NCBI GenBank assembly: GCA_050253415.1
Contig: JBFWJC010000003.1
Location: 1 to 64,000 of the forward strand
DNA from: Pedobacter sp.
Lineage (GTDB): Bacteria > Desulfobacterota > Desulfuromonadia > Desulfuromonadales > Syntrophotaleaceae
DNA length: 64,000 nt
Reading direction: 5' to 3'
The notes beneath the pieces were generated by a model, which was not told where the DNA came from, ran no database searches, and saw nothing but the letters and a program-made list of their open reading frames with translations. Numbering within the stretch: the first letter of the stretch is position 1; every line of letters begins with the position of its first letter. The position numbers were made by a program, and so were the translations under genes. Positions 20,988 through 31,525 of this stretch are shown one piece after another.

Positions 20988-21557
20988 ATGAACCTTTACT
21001 TTAGGTTGCTGTGGATGAGCCTGCGAGTTCTTTTTGGATCGCGGACGGCTGGGTTTATAGAGCCCTTTCGTCGTTCGTTCCGGGTGCTTCCAACTGATTG
21101 CGATATGAATCTGCATCTGACTAACAGTCGCTATTTTAGTCTTCTAGATATCGTACGGGTGGAACACCTAGCAGTTATGAAACTTATTCGTCCCTTGCTT
21201 AAGCGGGGTTGGATGCCGGTGCTTAATGCTACCGAAATGACTTTTATCCGGCCTATCGCGCCTCTGCGGAAGTTTGATGTTGTCATTAATATTGTTACCT
21301 GGGATGAGAAGTATCTTTATATGGAGCAACGCTTTGAGTCGCCCGGAACCTTGCATGCTGTATCCATGGCTCGTGCGGCCTTTGTTTGCGAGGGTGAAGT
21401 GGTGCATCCTGACAGGATTGCTGCGCTTGCAGGGTACTCTGGGAATGCTCCCTCTCGCTCGGATATAGTTGGTAGTTGGCAGACATTTTTCTCGGATAAA
21501 AAACAACATTTTTCTGCTAAGAAGCCTGATAAGCAAGTAGTTAATTTATATCCGTAG
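20988..21557 (+). CDS. Hotdog-fold acyl-CoA thioesterase (4HBT-like)
   Basis: 'RVLPTDCDMNLHLTNSRY', 'WDEKYLYMEQRF'. Confidence 0.85.
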   Translation: MNLYFRLLWMSLRVLFGSRTAGFIEPFRRSFRVLPTDCDMNLHLTNSRYFSLLDIVRVEHLAVMKLIRPLLKRGWMPVLNATEMTFIRPIAPLRKFDVVINIVTWDEKYLYMEQRFESPGTLHAVSMARAAFVCEGEVVHPDRIAALAGYSGNAPSRSDIVGSWQTFFSDKKQHFSAKKPDKQVVNLYP

Positions 21558-21999
21558 AAGGCTCTTTCCCGCGATTGAAAACCTTATGTGTTTCTGGCTT
21601 TTCTGGCAGATCTGAAATGGCAAATCGATTTAAAAATAAGGTTAAAATAATATCTGCATATTTAAAAAGCCAGCAGGGTCCTATTCTTAGGGTCACTACC
21701 AATCCCAACCCAGGGGCGGCCATCGCTGGCCTTTCCAGGCGGGGGCCACCTCCCGCCTGGAACATTATTTATTGCTGTTATTTGGTGAGTGCCAGGATAT
21801 CGCTACCTGTCTTTTGTCCCCCGCATGCGGGATGAAAATCCGTATTTCGGGCGATGGCTATTACTACATTTTTTTCTCAAACGGAATACCGGCCTCTTGT
21901 TTTGCCGTGATGATCGATCCTAGCGATATATTTTAGTGCCCTGAGATCGATTGCTACACGGAAAGTCGCATTTGCCCATTTTGTCAAGGACGGACAGGC

Positions 22000-23337
22000 A
22001 TGGCTTATACCGAAATGTATGGACAAAAGCTTGTAACGGCCGACCAGGCCGTCAAAATCGTAAAACCGGGGGATTGGGTAGATTATGGCTGGTGTCTCGG
22101 TCATCCTGTAGCTACCGATAGAGCTCTGGCGGGTCGGGTCGCGGAGCTTTCGGATATCAAAGTTCGGGGTGGAGTCTCGCTTTGGATGCCGGAAATCTGT
22201 AAAGTTCCAGAGCCGCAAAATCACTTTACCTGGAATGCTTGGCACTGTTCCGGCATCGACCGTAAGATTATAGACTTGGGGTGTGGCTATTACGGACCGA
22301 TGCGCTATTCGGAACTCCCCCGGTTTTACAGGGAAGGCCTCGATCCCATCGATGTGGCCATGTTCCAGGTCGCGCCGATGGATGAGGACGGCTATTTTAA
22401 TTTCGGACCGCAGGCCTCCCACTTGATGGCGGTTTGCGAGCGTGCCAAGGTTATCATTGTAGAGGTAAACCGTAATATGCCCCGTTGTCTGGGCGGGATC
22501 GAGGCGGCCATTCATATCTCACGGGTGGACCATGTCGTCGAAGGGGACCATCCGCCTTTGGCGCAGTTGAATGCCGCTCCCCTCACCGATGTGGATCAAA
22601 AGGTTGCGGAGTTCATTGTGGAAGAGATCCACGACGGCGCCTGTTTGCAGCTCGGGATCGGTGGCATGCCCAATGCCGTCGGAACCCTGATCGCCGAATC
22701 CGATCTGAAGGACCTCGGCGTGCATACGGAAATGTACGTCGATTCTTTTGTCGAGATGTCCCTGCGGGGCAAGATCAACGGTGCGCGCAAATCGATCGAT
22801 CGTTTCCGCCAGGTCTTTGCTTTTGCTGCCGGGTCGCAAAAGATGTACGACTTCATTGATAATAATCCAGAAATGATGAGTTGTCCTGTAGATTATTGCA
22901 ATGATGTTCGCAATGTTGCCGCCATCGACAATTTTGTATCGATCAACAACGCCGTAGAAATAGATCTTTTTGGGCAGGTTTCCTCAGAATCCGCCGGGAT
23001 CCGGCACATAAGTGGTACAGGTGGGCAACTCGATTTTGTTATGGGTGCTTATCTCTCCAGAGGGGGGAAAAGCTTTATCTGCCTGTCTTCTACTTATAGC
23101 AGGGGCGGGGAGGTAAAATCCCGCATCGTACCGACCCTGGCCCCGGGCAGTATCGTCACCGACAGTCGTACCTGTGTACAGTGGGTGGTAACGGAATTCG
23201 GCAAGGTCAATCTCAAAGGCAAGAGTACTTGGGAGCGTACCGAAGCCCTTATCTCCATTGCTCATCCCGATTTTCGTAATGAATTGCTTCGGGAGGCGGA
23301 TAGGATGAATATTTGGCGAAACAGAAACCGGGTTTAA
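22000..23337 (+). CDS. Acyl-CoA:acetate CoA-transferase (butyryl-CoA:acetate CoA-transferase / acetyl-CoA hydrolase family)
   Basis: '[11 protein letters not shown]', '[13 protein letters not shown]', 'GVHTEM', '[10 protein letters not shown]', 'IAHPDFR'. Confidence 0.9.
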   Translation: MAYTEMYGQKLVTADQAVKIVKPGDWVDYGWCLGHPVATDRALAGRVAELSDIKVRGGVSLWMPEICKVPEPQNHFTWNAWHCSGIDRKIIDLGCGYYGPMRYSELPRFYREGLDPIDVAMFQVAPMDEDGYFNFGPQASHLMAVCERAKVIIVEVNRNMPRCLGGIEAAIHISRVDHVVEGDHPPLAQLNAAPLTDVDQKVAEFIVEEIHDGACLQLGIGGMPNAVGTLIAESDLKDLGVHTEMYVDSFVEMSLRGKINGARKSIDRFRQVFAFAAGSQKMYDFIDNNPEMMSCPVDYCNDVRNVAAIDNFVSINNAVEIDLFGQVSSESAGIRHISGTGGQLDFVMGAYLSRGGKSFICLSSTYSRGGEVKSRIVPTLAPGSIVTDSRTCVQWVVTEFGKVNLKGKSTWERTEALISIAHPDFRNELLREADRMNIWRNRNRV

Positions 23338-23634
23338 CCTTTCCCAAAGACTAAATATTTACGAAGAAAGCCTTTCCTAAGCCGGGAAATTTGGGGTAAC
23401 AAAAGAGAATTATACGGTATCTCTAAGAGCATTCTGATCATCTGCTGTGATTTTGTTGGGGATTATTAAGCGATCAGACCTTTTAAGGTCTTACAGCCAT
23501 GGGGTTATGCCGACACTGTCTATGCGGGCAAAAAGTCCTAGAATAAAGTCTGCACGTGTCCTTCACAATTGTAAAGGGCATCATAGCTATTCTAGAAAAC
23601 CCATGCATCGTCTGTCGGCAAAAAGCGAGGGGTA

Positions 23635-24170
23635 TAGAGCCACTCCTCTCTCAGGCTGTCATTGAACGATTCAAGCAGCACCCTATCCATCGGTTTTCCC
23701 GGTCTGGCTAAGAACGCGTCCCTGCCCCATTTACATAATCCCATCGATCCAATTCCTTCGAAATTAATTATCCAATGTGTTGAGCTGAATCAGCTTCGGA
23801 CAATGATTCTTGAATAGGCTGAGTCGTTTCATGACGGTCACGACGTCCTGGCCCTTAATCGCCTGATCGACGTAAATGGCCAGATGCTCGCTGCTCCAAT
23901 TATGGACAACAGTTAACGCCCTGATCTTGCATCCGTTAAACAGATTAATCCTACCCAAATCCATGTTTCCGCACAGATCAATACAGGCTTCCCTCCTATA
24001 TTGCCACGGTCCTTTGCAACCGTTTTTCATGTTTCGCCTGCAAGGGGAGATTGTTTTGTTCCTCTGTAACCTTCGATGTTTTCATGGGAAACATTTTCTC
24101 TGTTGAGAAGTCATTTTCCCCGAAACCTTCGTTTTTGATTTATTCAATTTTTAGGGGTTACTTTTTTGAT
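23635..24170 (-). mobile_element. Degraded, internally deleted IS3-family (IS407-like) element
   Basis: OrfA start 'MKTSKVTEEQ'; integrase-core remnants 'LFNGCKIRALTVV...LAIYVDQAIKGQDVV' and 'RPGKPMD...ESFNDSLREEWL'. Confidence 0.8.
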
Positions 24171-24200
24171 GCTAGAGGCAATGCAGTGTGGGAAGAAAGG

Positions 24201-24235
24201 TGTCAACGATGTTGACTGTGTCAAAAATGACGACA
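24201..24235. promoter_or_regulatory. Tandem UAS sites upstream of adh copy 2
   Basis: tgtcaacgatgttgact and tgtcaaaaatgacgaca, about 145 bp upstream of the sigma54 site. Confidence 0.65.
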
Positions 24236-24379
24236 ATGCCTTCTATTGGCCCCTTTATGCGATTGTGGCTGTAAATTGTGTTTTTCGCTGTAAAAAAATT
24301 TGCACCACGATGGGAATGATAATTTATCAAGACAACTAAAAAGTGCTGTTTACATGAGATGAAATCAAAATTTTATGAT

Positions 24380-24395
24380 TGGCATGATGTATGCT
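24380..24395 (+). promoter_or_regulatory. sigma54 promoter of adh copy 2
   Basis: TGGCATGATGTATGCT (GG-N10-GC). Confidence 0.75.
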
Positions 24396-24718
24396 AAAGC
24401 TAATTGCGTTTGTTTTAGTTAAAACGCGGTTATGGAGCTGTGTTTTATACTTACATATAATGACTTATGTATCAGACCACTTAAAAACTGATTTAAAAAA
24501 AATAGTTTCTTTTTTAAATAACTATTATCTTTTATTTGTAAATCAGTATTTGTAAATACCGAAAATAATTATGCACTGTTTTTTTGATAGTAAAAAAAAT
24601 GAAAACCTATGTTTGATTTATCTTAAATTTATAATTCCTTTGCAATTTAATGGTGGTCCAGTGGAAAAACTCCGGTTTTTGCTGGGCCGTAAGTGGGGCC
24701 GGAGTACTGAAGAGTATT

Positions 24719-25929
24719 TTTTCTTGAATGGATCCATAACAACGATCAAGGGAGAGGGAAAATTATGAACATCAAAGCTGCTGTGGTACGGGAAAAGGAT
24801 GGGGCGTTCAATATCGAGGATGTAGAACTTGATGAGCCCAGAAATGATGAAGTGATCGTCCGTGTTGCCGGTTGTGGGATTTGTCATACGGACTTTATGC
24901 CGTGGAAAGGTACTGTACCCTCCCAATTTCCTGCCGTTTACGGCCATGAGGGATCGGGGGTTGTGGAAAAGGTAGGGGCTGGGGTTAAGAAGGTTAAGCC
25001 TGGCGATCACGTGGTAATGAGTTTTAACTCCTGTGGAGTTTGTGTTCCGTGTAGAAATGGTCAAATCGCTTACTGTGTAGATCACTTCAAGAGTAACTTT
25101 GGGCAGGCCCGCTTTTCAGACGGATCGCCGACGATGAAGAAGGGCGATGAAGTAATTCATGCGGCTTTCTTTAATCAATCGTCCTTTGCTACGCATGCTC
25201 TCGTGTCCGAGCGCACTGTGGTCAAAATTCCGAACGACGCCCCCCTTGAACTTATGGGTCCCCTGGGTTGTGGTATTCAGACCGGCGCAGGGGCGGTCAT
25301 CAATTCGCTTAATCCTAACGCCGGGGACAATATCGCGATTTTCGGAACAGGTTCGGTAGGTATGTCGGCGCTTCTTGAGGCAGTCGTCAGTGGTTGTGGA
25401 AAAATCATGGTTGTCGATATCAATGAAGAACGGCTTGAGCTTGCCCGTGAGCTTGGCGCAACCCATACGATTAACCCGATGAAGGTTAATGCCGTTGAAG
25501 AAATTCAAAAATTGACAGGGCTTGGTGCCGATTACTCTCTGGTTTGCACGGGAAATACTACGGCCTTGCGGCAAGCGGTGGATTGTATCCGGCTCAAGGG
25601 TGTGTGCGGCATTGTCGGTGCTCCCGCTTTTGGTACCGAAATTAGTCTGGATATTTGGGGTCTGTTGCTGGGACGCACTGTCCGCGGTATTTGTCAGGGT
25701 GACGCGGTTCCCGACCTTTTTATTCCCAAATTGGTAGATCTTTATAAACAGGGTCGGTTCCCCATTGATAGGATCGTAAAATACTATTCGTTGGACCAGA
25801 TCAACGAAGCAGTGGCCGATACCTTGGCGGGTTCAACGATAAAGGGCATTGTGCGGCCGTAGAAATAACATTGGTTTAGGGATAGGGAGGGGCTGCTCCT
25901 GTAGGGCTCCTTCCCCTTCTACGAATTTT
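24719..25929 (+). repeat. Direct repeat copy 2 (1211 bp)
   Basis: Matches 18385-19595; flanks diverge on both sides. Confidence 0.95.
24765..25862 (+). CDS. Zn-dependent aryl-alcohol dehydrogenase family protein (copy 2)
   Basis: Protein identical to 18431..19528. Confidence 0.9.
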   Translation: MNIKAAVVREKDGAFNIEDVELDEPRNDEVIVRVAGCGICHTDFMPWKGTVPSQFPAVYGHEGSGVVEKVGAGVKKVKPGDHVVMSFNSCGVCVPCRNGQIAYCVDHFKSNFGQARFSDGSPTMKKGDEVIHAAFFNQSSFATHALVSERTVVKIPNDAPLELMGPLGCGIQTGAGAVINSLNPNAGDNIAIFGTGSVGMSALLEAVVSGCGKIMVVDINEERLELARELGATHTINPMKVNAVEEIQKLTGLGADYSLVCTGNTTALRQAVDCIRLKGVCGIVGAPAFGTEISLDIWGLLLGRTVRGICQGDAVPDLFIPKLVDLYKQGRFPIDRIVKYYSLDQINEAVADTLAGSTIKGIVRP

Positions 25930-26166
25930 ATTGGCTAATTAGGTGCTTGAAGCTAAGGCCAGTAAAAATTTAATGACTTGCCGATCTTGATGGGAATTAG
26001 GAAATAGAGAACTGGTTTCTTTTGAATGTATGTAATGTCCATAATCCAAAGATTGTGGAAATTTAACCTGGTGAGGGTGCTTGTATATCGTTGGAAAAGC
26101 ACATTTCACGTTGATTCATGGGGATAGTGTCTAAATTGAGGAGAATCAATAACCGGAGGTGTTCTA

Positions 26167-27039
26167 ATGAAGCACTCGTTGGCGAAGGTTTTATTTACAG
26201 TAGCATTCGCGATTATGTTAGGGGGAGTAGGGAGTTCGTTTAAAGCAAATGCTGGGATTATACCCAATAGTGTTATTGTTCCGCACGAATACCAGTTTCC
26301 ACCTGCTGAAGTTATTCCAGATGAAGGTTTCAGTGGACTTCTTAGCTACAATATTTATAGGGAAGAAGGGGTAGGCTGGGACGGTGAAACCGGTACGAGA
26401 AGCTTATTCGCTACTGTAAATAAGCTCTTTCATGTTTTTGACGTTGATGGTGTTGATAATGTTGGATTTGCAGCAGAGGCTTTGTTCGGTTACGGTCGCG
26501 TTTTGACCAAAAATGATCAAAGTTTAAACGGTTTGCTTGATGTTCAGGTCGGTATGGTTGCTTTTATGAAGCCCACGGATAACTGGACAACTGCACTGGA
26601 GTACTGGTTGGTTCTTCCAATTGGTGATGAAGACTTTTCTGGCCATTCTTGGGATCAACAATTTGCTTTCTTAACAAATTACGTTTATGGAGATTTCACC
26701 TTTGACGGTGACGTTGGTTATAAACTTAGGGGTGAATCTAAACATGATGGTCTTCGCTCTCAAGGGGGAGACGTGATTTATGCAAGCGCATGTTGGGGAT
26801 ATAAGTTTGCAAATATGATTGAGCCATTTTTTAAACTTGATTATATGACAGTTGACTCTGGTAAAGATAAAAACACAGGATTGACTATTCCTAGTAGTTC
26901 TGAACTTACCTGGGGGGTAGGTAACTTTTTCAAAATTAATGATAATGTGGCAGTCTCACTACATTATATTAAAGGTTTAACTGGTAGAAATACAAGCAGA
27001 GCCAATGGTGTCGAGTTTAATCTTTACTGGGTATTTTAA
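26167..27039 (+). CDS. Outer-membrane beta-barrel channel (SphA/COG4313-like, divergent)
   Basis: Signal peptide, 'PHEYQFP', 'NGLLD', 'LPIGD', amphipathic strands, terminal 'YWVF'; RBS ggaggt. Confidence 0.7.
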   Translation: MKHSLAKVLFTVAFAIMLGGVGSSFKANAGIIPNSVIVPHEYQFPPAEVIPDEGFSGLLSYNIYREEGVGWDGETGTRSLFATVNKLFHVFDVDGVDNVGFAAEALFGYGRVLTKNDQSLNGLLDVQVGMVAFMKPTDNWTTALEYWLVLPIGDEDFSGHSWDQQFAFLTNYVYGDFTFDGDVGYKLRGESKHDGLRSQGGDVIYASACWGYKFANMIEPFFKLDYMTVDSGKDKNTGLTIPSSSELTWGVGNFFKINDNVAVSLHYIKGLTGRNTSRANGVEFNLYWVF

Positions 27040-27377
27040 GTAAAAAAACATGAAAACCATGGGTTTTACACGATTCTAAATTTCAAAAAAAGTCAATGGA
27101 CAATTAGTTTTTTATAAAGTATATGGCAACCAAACACCTTCATACGGTTAGGCGCTGCTTAGTACAGCGCCTATTTTTCTCTTAATGTAAATGATGTCCA
27201 AAGACAAAAAGTTTTTAAACACTTTTTAGTATATAAAAAAATATAAGTTGTATGTTGGTTGTTTCGTAAAAGTATTATGGAGACAATATCAATGATGTTG
27301 TTTAGTTATTAATTTAAATCAAGAAAGTGATTTAGTAATTTTAAAAACATTGGCATTACTATCTTAGGAGTAAAGAC

Positions 27378-28595
27378 ATGGTCGATGCAGTAACTAAGCG
27401 AATGTTTAATAATAAACTTGCAGAGGGTTTCGCGGGGATCACTTTGTGTTTTGTAGCATCAATGGTCTTGTGGCCCCTCTGGTCACTTGTTGCACAGAAA
27501 TTTTTCTCTCTTATAGCAAGTCAGGGATTGGCTGCTGCAGGTCCAGAGCTCTCAGTCAAGCTTCTCGGTGCGATGGTTGAGAGCAGTTTTATGTGGATGG
27601 TGGTCTGTGCATGGATTTGGATGTCACTTATTTTCGATAATTTCGGTAAAACCGTATTTACCAAAAAACAACCATTTGCCGGAATCTCTTATTTTGTTGT
27701 TGGAATGGTATTGGGGACCATCGGTTTTCTTGTACTGATTGGGTTCATTGGCATTTGGTGGAAGCCCTTTAATCTTGGAGTTATGTTTAGCCCTGCAAAT
27801 GCATCTGAAGCTGAAATGGCTCTTAAGGGGTGGGAGGCATCCAATTTTTATTCTCTGATGGTTGTGATGGTGCAGATCGCATTCGCTTCGTTAATGCATA
27901 AGTGGCCCTTTGCTGGTACATCGAAGGAGCCGATCGCTAGCTTTGGTGTTTTTGCTTTTAGTACTTGCGCTACTTACATCGGCTGGGTGGCTCTTGTTGT
28001 GCCGAGCTTTATGCCCCTGAGCATCGATGGGGCAACGATTATTAATGTTCCGTTTGGCTCTTTCCCTTCCTTTGTTGCTTTTGCTCTCGGGTTTATTTTC
28101 TTTTCGGTACTGCCTGTCGAGGGCGGTGAGTTGTATCCGATGGTATTTTTTGCCAAAAAGCAGCCTTATATGGGGATGGTCGGAGTGCTGTTTGCTATTG
28201 CTGGTGGGTTTGTTCTCCCGGCTGTCACCAGGGGTATTGTTGAACCCTTGAATCTCCTTCCGGGAGCACCTGTAGACATCGTTGTCTCTTCCCTTGAGCT
28301 TACCGTGATTATAATGATGCTGGCTTGGCATCATCTGTTTGAAAGTTATCCGAGTCCCAATCTTGTTCCAAACTCCGGTGTCAGGATTTTGGTACGCATA
28401 ACCATCTGGGTCGTAAGTGGCTCTGTTCTTGGAGTTCTCTGGATTAAGTTTTTCCCGCTCTTGCCGATTGGTGGAAACAATCTTGGTCTGGGCTTTCATA
28501 CAATGGGTGTATTGGCCGGACAGTTTACCTTTTTGTTGACGTTGCTCTTTTTCGATACGTTTTGGGATAAGTGGCCGTTAATTCGTAAAGCGTGA
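27378..28595 (+). CDS. Polytopic inner-membrane protein, putative transporter of unknown specificity
   Basis: About 10 hydrophobic segments; internal repeated 'KKQP' and 'KWP/YP' motifs; RBS aggag. Confidence 0.75.
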   Translation: MVDAVTKRMFNNKLAEGFAGITLCFVASMVLWPLWSLVAQKFFSLIASQGLAAAGPELSVKLLGAMVESSFMWMVVCAWIWMSLIFDNFGKTVFTKKQPFAGISYFVVGMVLGTIGFLVLIGFIGIWWKPFNLGVMFSPANASEAEMALKGWEASNFYSLMVVMVQIAFASLMHKWPFAGTSKEPIASFGVFAFSTCATYIGWVALVVPSFMPLSIDGATIINVPFGSFPSFVAFALGFIFFSVLPVEGGELYPMVFFAKKQPYMGMVGVLFAIAGGFVLPAVTRGIVEPLNLLPGAPVDIVVSSLELTVIIMMLAWHHLFESYPSPNLVPNSGVRILVRITIWVVSGSVLGVLWIKFFPLLPIGGNNLGLGFHTMGVLAGQFTFLLTLLFFDTFWDKWPLIRKA

Positions 28596-28625
28596 TTCTT
28601 ACTCGTTTAACTATACGAAGGCTTC

Positions 28626-28666
28626 ACCGTATCTTTCTCCCGGTTTTCGGGAGAAAGATACGGCGA
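28626..28666 (+). terminator. Long hairpin after the membrane protein gene
   Basis: ccgtatctttctcccg-gtttt-cgggagaaagatacgg. Confidence 0.65.
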
Positions 28667-28889
28667 GTATGAAAGATACCGAATCAACTTTTACCTTGTG
28701 GGCAAATCTTGATGAAAGCGGTGAATAGTTCATTAGATGTTTGTCGCCTCGTATATCGGCGGACAGGAAGCTCATTTACTTTCATTCTGGTTTCTCGATT
28801 AGAAACATTCCTTTCCACTTGAAGGGACAAGCAATTTAGTCACTTGGAAGCCTTCTTAAGTTTATTTGTGAATAATGCGGAGAATTTTC

Positions 28890-29732
28890 ATGGCGCAGGC
28901 AAAACTTACTATCCCAGATATTAGAAACCGTAAAAAGGGCAAAGTCATTAGTGCATTGACTGCTTACGATTATCCTTCGGCTAAAGCCGTCGATTCAGCC
29001 GGAATTGATATTGTGTTAGTGGGGGATAGTTTGGGGATGGTGGTTCTCGGTTATCCGGACACGGTTTCCGTCACTATGGAAGATATGATTCATCATACCA
29101 GGGCGGTAGTGCGTGGTGTGGAGCGTGCTCTAGTGATAACTGATATGCCTTTTGGTTCTTACAATAGTTCTGTTCCGGTAGCAATTAAAAATGCAACCCG
29201 CATTCTTAAGGAGGGGCGGGCGGATGCGGTCAAGGTCGAAGGCGGCGCAAATATGGCAAAAACTGTTGAGGCGTTAGTTAATGCAGGTATTCCTGTACAA
29301 GGGCACATTGGTTTGACGCCACAAACGGCTTCTAGTCTCGGTGGTTTCAAGGTTCAGGGGAAGAGTGCCGATGAAGCTAAACGGCTGATTGAGGATGCGC
29401 GAGCACTTGAAGCAGCAGGTTGTTTTTCTATTGTATTAGAGGCTATTCCGGCTACTTTAGGAAAACAAATCAGTAAAGAGATCGGTATTCCTACTATTGG
29501 TATTGGTGCTGGGCCTGATTGCGATGGACAGCTTTTAGTTTATCATGATTTGTTGGGTATTTATGATCAATTTTGCCCGAAATTTGTCAAGCGGTATGCC
29601 GACATTAATGATTGTATTAGTCACGCTTTGTCCCAATTTAGATATGAAATAGAAGCACGTATTTTTCCTGAAGAAATTCATAGTTTTGCAATGAAATGTG
29701 GAGAAATAGAAAAACTTACACATTTGTACTAA
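28890..29732 (+). CDS. panB: 3-methyl-2-oxobutanoate hydroxymethyltransferase
   Basis: 'LTAYDY', 'LVGDSLGM', 'DMPFGSY', 'VKVEGG', 'GHIGLTPQ', 'IGIGAG'. Confidence 0.95.
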   Translation: MAQAKLTIPDIRNRKKGKVISALTAYDYPSAKAVDSAGIDIVLVGDSLGMVVLGYPDTVSVTMEDMIHHTRAVVRGVERALVITDMPFGSYNSSVPVAIKNATRILKEGRADAVKVEGGANMAKTVEALVNAGIPVQGHIGLTPQTASSLGGFKVQGKSADEAKRLIEDARALEAAGCFSIVLEAIPATLGKQISKEIGIPTIGIGAGPDCDGQLLVYHDLLGIYDQFCPKFVKRYADINDCISHALSQFRYEIEARIFPEEIHSFAMKCGEIEKLTHLY

Positions 29733-29841
29733 AATTGTATAACGATTCATTTTTTACTATAAATACAATATTATTAACTATTTTATAACAAAACAGGTGT
29801 TTACAAAAACAATAAAATTTATAAAAAATTACACTTAAATA

Positions 29842-30195
29842 ATGGTAAACCAAATGGACGTTATAATAGATGATGAAATGTTAGAACGCTTTGTTTTATA
29901 CGAACATTATATTTATGAATTATTTGAACAAGCTTCTCATAGTCGCTGGTTCGGAATGAGTGCAAATGTTGTGCAAGAATATGAACGTGTTAAGCTATTG
30001 AGAAAACATGTATCTATACTTGTAGATATGGCATTTACAATTTACGGCATTAAAAACAAATTTATGAAAGACAGATACAATAACTTGATAAAAGACTTTC
30101 TTGATGATTTTGAAGCACTCGCATATCAGTTGATGAAAATTGATTGTATAGTTAGCAGTTCATCTACACCTCTAAAAATAGTCAATGTTCTATGA
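29842..30195 (+). CDS. Hypothetical protein (AT-rich)
   Basis: 117-aa open frame with protein-like composition; no recognisable motif. Confidence 0.4.
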   Translation: MVNQMDVIIDDEMLERFVLYEHYIYELFEQASHSRWFGMSANVVQEYERVKLLRKHVSILVDMAFTIYGIKNKFMKDRYNNLIKDFLDDFEALAYQLMKIDCIVSSSSTPLKIVNVL

Positions 30196-30475
30196 AACTT
30201 CATTTTGAGATAAAAAATTAAATATGAAGTTATAATGCAGTAATAAGATTTTTTATGAATATTGTGAAAAAATAATTTATAGTTGTTTTTGTAAATAGCA
30301 ATTATAAATAATATATATTTAAAAAATAAGACGTTATTTGAAATTATACTTTATACAAAATAGCGTTTTGATCAGTCTTAAATTGTGAAATGTTTGGAAA
30401 ACCAGTTTTTCTACATCCGGTAAAAAATCATTATGTTGATTGTTTTTGCTGGATGTAGTCTCAAGAGGCTAAAGG

Positions 30476-31525
30476 ATGATTAAAAGAGCTATTGCACGTG
30501 TTGTCCTAGGAATGAGCTTGAATGAAAGCGAAATGGTTGAAGTGATGAACCAGATAATGTCCGGCGAGGCAACAGGTGCTCAGATCGGTGCTTTTATAAC
30601 TGCTTTGCGTTTTAAAGGGGAGACTATCGATGAAATCACCGGTGCCGCCAGGGTTATGCGGGCGCATGCGACGCCGGTGCAGGTGGGTAGGGTTCTCGAC
30701 ATGGATCGTGATGAAATCAATGTCGAACGGGAAACAATTCTCGATACCTGCGGAACAGGCGGTAGCGGCACCAGGAGTTTTAATATTTCCACTACCGTTG
30801 CTTTTGTGGTGGCGGCCTGCGGCGTTAAGGTCGCTAAACACGGTAACCGCTCTGTATCGTCACTATGTGGCAGTGCCGATGTTATGGAAAAGTTGGGTAT
30901 AAACCTGAATATTCGTCCAGAAAGCGTCGAGCGGTGCATCCGGGAAGTTGGTATCGGATTTTTATTCGCGCCAGCGTTACATGGAGCTATGAAGTATGCT
31001 ATCGGCCCACGACAGGAAATTGGTATCCGGACCATTTTCAATATTCTGGGACCTCTGACCAACCCTGCTGGGGCTGATTGCCAGGTAATGGGCGTATATG
31101 ATTCAGAATTGGTGGCGAAGCTTGCCTGTGTCTTGGTAAAGCTCGGTTGTCGTCGTGGGTTTGTAGTGTGCGGTGAGGAAGGCATGGATGAGATCACCAC
31201 CACCGGCAAAACTTTGGTCGCCGAGATTAATACAGGGACGGTAAAAATTACAAACATATGCCCAGAAAATTTTGGTATTTCCAGATGTAAGATAGAAGAC
31301 TTGCAGGGGGGGGACGCAACTGTAAATGCTACCATCGTTGAAGCTGTTCTTCGCGGGGAAAGAGGCCCAAAAAGAGATGTTGTTTTGCTCAATGCGGGCT
31401 ATGCCCTGGTAGCAGCAGATAAAACAAAAACAGTTCGAGAAGGCATGCTTTTGGCGGAAAATGCTATTGATGAAGGTCTGGCGATTGATCGGTTGGAAAG
31501 ATTGAAGGAAATAACGAATCGATAG
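30476..31525 (+). CDS. trpD: Anthranilate phosphoribosyltransferase
   Basis: 'DTCGTGG', 'FNISTT', '[14 protein letters not shown]', '[14 protein letters not shown]'. Confidence 0.95.
   Translation: MIKRAIARVVLGMSLNESEMVEVMNQIMSGEATGAQIGAFITALRFKGETIDEITGAARVMRAHATPVQVGRVLDMDRDEINVERETILDTCGTGGSGTRSFNISTTVAFVVAACGVKVAKHGNRSVSSLCGSADVMEKLGINLNIRPESVERCIREVGIGFLFAPALHGAMKYAIGPRQEIGIRTIFNILGPLTNPAGADCQVMGVYDSELVAKLACVLVKLGCRRGFVVCGEEGMDEITTTGKTLVAEINTGTVKITNICPENFGISRCKIEDLQGGDATVNATIVEAVLRGERGPKRDVVLLNAGYALVAADKTKTVREGMLLAENAIDEGLAIDRLERLKEITNR

Noticed and set aside
30580..31392. 270-aa minus-strand ORF
   Set aside because: Antisense to trpD
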